Source: an uncultured Planctomycetaceae bacterium (lineage in GTDB: Bacteria > Planctomycetota > Planctomycetia > Pirellulales > JAEUIK01). From it: a DNA stretch of 45,990 nucleotides. The stretch spans positions 1-45,990 of the forward strand of contig CAZNXE010000007.1 in NCBI GenBank assembly GCA_964576465.1. Reading direction: 5' to 3'. Every line of letters starts with the position of its first letter. Position 1 is the stretch's first letter. Position numbers and translations under genes: made by a program. The notes under the pieces are model-generated. The model did not search any database, was not told the DNA's origin, and saw only the letters and a program-made list of their open reading frames with translations. Below, one piece after another: positions 44,813 to 45,990 of this stretch.

Positions 44813-45990
44813 TTATAGCCATCTTGGCTGCTGCTCGCGAAGCTGCCGGCGTACCGCTTCCACGTCGTCAGAAGACTTGAGCGGCGCGAACGCCGTGGAG
44901 CGGGGAACTTCGACGGCGATCGCCCGAGACGCAAGGGGCATTAAGTCGAACACGAACCGCTCGAACTTCGTCGCATTGGGCCGGGAGGGGGTGACAAGCT
45001 GCCCAGCCGTATCGATGTACGGCACCGCCTTATTCTGGGCCAAATGCCACGGAAGCGTATCGAGATGGTCGGCCGCGTGGCTCAAGAATGCCACGTCGAT
45101 CGCGTGTACGGCGATGTTGCCTGCCCACAGCAGGAGCCCGCCGCTTGGATCCCGCTGGCGAGCGAATTCCTCCGGAAGGTCGCTGTATTCGATGATTTGC
45201 AGCCGCCGGTCAACCGCCACGACGTTGCCAACCTTCTCCATGGCAGCGTCTTTTTGTACGACCTGCGTCGACATCTCCGACTTGTTGATGAGGTGGTGAC
45301 CAAGAAACACCGGATTGGCCACATCGACCAACGGATTGTCGACTTGCATGTAGAACAAATGCTCGACTCCGCGGCGAGCCATGTCGTCCAAGAGAGAACT
45401 CTTCCGCAGCGAGGCCACGACACCACCATGCCCGTCGGGACTCAAGGCCAGACGTCCCTTTTCCGACAACAGGATCTTGCCCGATGCGGCATCCACCGCC
45501 GGCATCGTTCCCTGACAAAAGACGTTCAAGTCCTCGCTCGGTAAACCGAAACGTTCGTTCACTTCCAGGAATTCGACCGTCTCGTCGTGCGTCGCGGGGC
45601 TGGTCATCAGATACAGCGGAATCGAAGCACCGTGTCGATTGGCCTGATCGAGCAGCTTCTCGATAAGGATCTGAAACAGCGTCCGGCCAGAATCCGGAGC
45701 GATGGGATACATGCCCTTGGGGTGATCGAAACCCAACCGGGTACCTTGCCCACCGGCAACCAACAACACACCAACTTCGCCCACGGAAATGGCAGCGATG
45801 CCGCGTATTAGTGCTTCGGCATTAGTTTGCGCGTGCCCGCTGCCGTCAAGCCGCACTGCCTGTGGCTGTCTTGCGCGTGCCGCGATTTTCGACCAATCGG
45901 TTTGCAATCCGCCGCCGTCGAGAAGCTCCGCAATCTCGTCAAAGTCGATCCCGTCCAGGCTGGCACCCAAAGCATCTTGCTCGTCGTCGG
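44813..45990 (-). CDS. UDPGP-family (eukaryote-type UDP-N-acetylhexosamine / UDP-sugar) pyrophosphorylase, 5' partial.
   Basis: Motifs seen are VLLVAGGQGTRLGFDHPKGMYPI, PLYLMTSPATHDETVEFL, CQGTMPAVD and SPDGHGGV. The frame is open to the window end, upstream of the TTG at 45970. Confidence 0.8.
   Translation of the reverse strand, partial: DDEQDALGASLDGIDFDEIAELLDGGGLQTDWSKIAARARQPQAVRLDGSGHAQTNAEALIRGIAAISVGEVGVLLVAGGQGTRLGFDHPKGMYPIAPDSGRTLFQILIEKLLDQANRHGASIPLYLMTSPATHDETVEFLEVNERFGLPSEDLNVFCQGTMPAVDAASGKILLSEKGRLALSPDGHGGVVASLRKSSLLDDMARRGVEHLFYMQVDNPLVDVANPVFLGHHLINKSEMSTQVVQKDAAMEKVGNVVAVDRRLQIIEYSDLPEEFARQRDPSGGLLLWAGNIAVHAIDVAFLSHAADHLDTLPWHLAQNKAVPYIDTAGQLVTPSRPNATKFERFVFDLMPLASRAIAVEVPRSTAFAPLKSSDDVEAVRRQLREQQPRWL

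Noticed and set aside
1-45990. A search by eye for tRNA, rRNA, CRISPR arrays, transposases, integrases, and toxin-antitoxin or known defence genes.
   Set aside because: None was found. The only tandem-repeat DNA is the coding Lys-rich and Gly-rich tracts. The only interspersed repeats are the two palindromic elements and the 33-bp duplication. A covariance-model scan (tRNAscan/Infernal) would be needed to exclude small RNAs.

Overview
A 46-kb, GC-rich chromosomal segment. Its gene content looks like Planctomycetota, probably Pirellulales-like: PVC-type heme-binding dehydrogenase-like giants, several sulfatases and a lysine-rich H1-like protein. This placement is inferred from gene content only. 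Coding density is high and most genes are on the minus strand. The centre (19951-35234, minus) is a complete 14-gene complex I operon, nuoABCDEFGHIJKLMN. Left of it lie a partial secreted VOC-fold gene, two convergent giant CxxCH proteins, xylA, a YpeA-like GNAT, two sulfatases flanking a PQQ-like beta-propeller, an M50 protease, a 67-aa H1-like protein, an Mrp/ApbC ATPase, a receiver-like ORF and a degenerate sigma-54-activator-like protein. Right of it lie an M20 peptidase, a Tyr-rich secreted protein, an MBL-fold hydrolase, an ECF sigma / atypical anti-sigma / secretin-like operon, an SDR epimerase, ruvX, a mannose-1-P guanylyltransferase and a 5'-partial eukaryote-type UDP-sugar pyrophosphorylase. 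I saw no rRNA, tRNA, CRISPR array, transposase or integrase. The items most worth a second look are listed below.
- The ECF-sigma operon, which ends in a miniature secretin-like protein with a poly-Gly insertion.
- An AAA+ enhancer-binding-protein relic lacking the Walker A Lys, the Walker B Asp and GAFTGA. It is followed by a pseudo-receiver and an Mrp whose CxxC is CPDN, all directly downstream of nuo.
- A ~130-bp palindromic element present twice, in two divergent promoter regions, with its core hairpin flipped between copies.
- A 33-bp duplication of the M20 gene 3' end that brackets a ~290-bp insert carrying inverted repeats.
- Candidate regulatory sites: a perfect TGTGA-N6-TCACA upstream of nuoA, a -24/-12-type motif upstream of xylA, and a 16-bp perfect palindrome downstream of nuoN.
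All functional calls come from motif recognition by eye. No database search was run.
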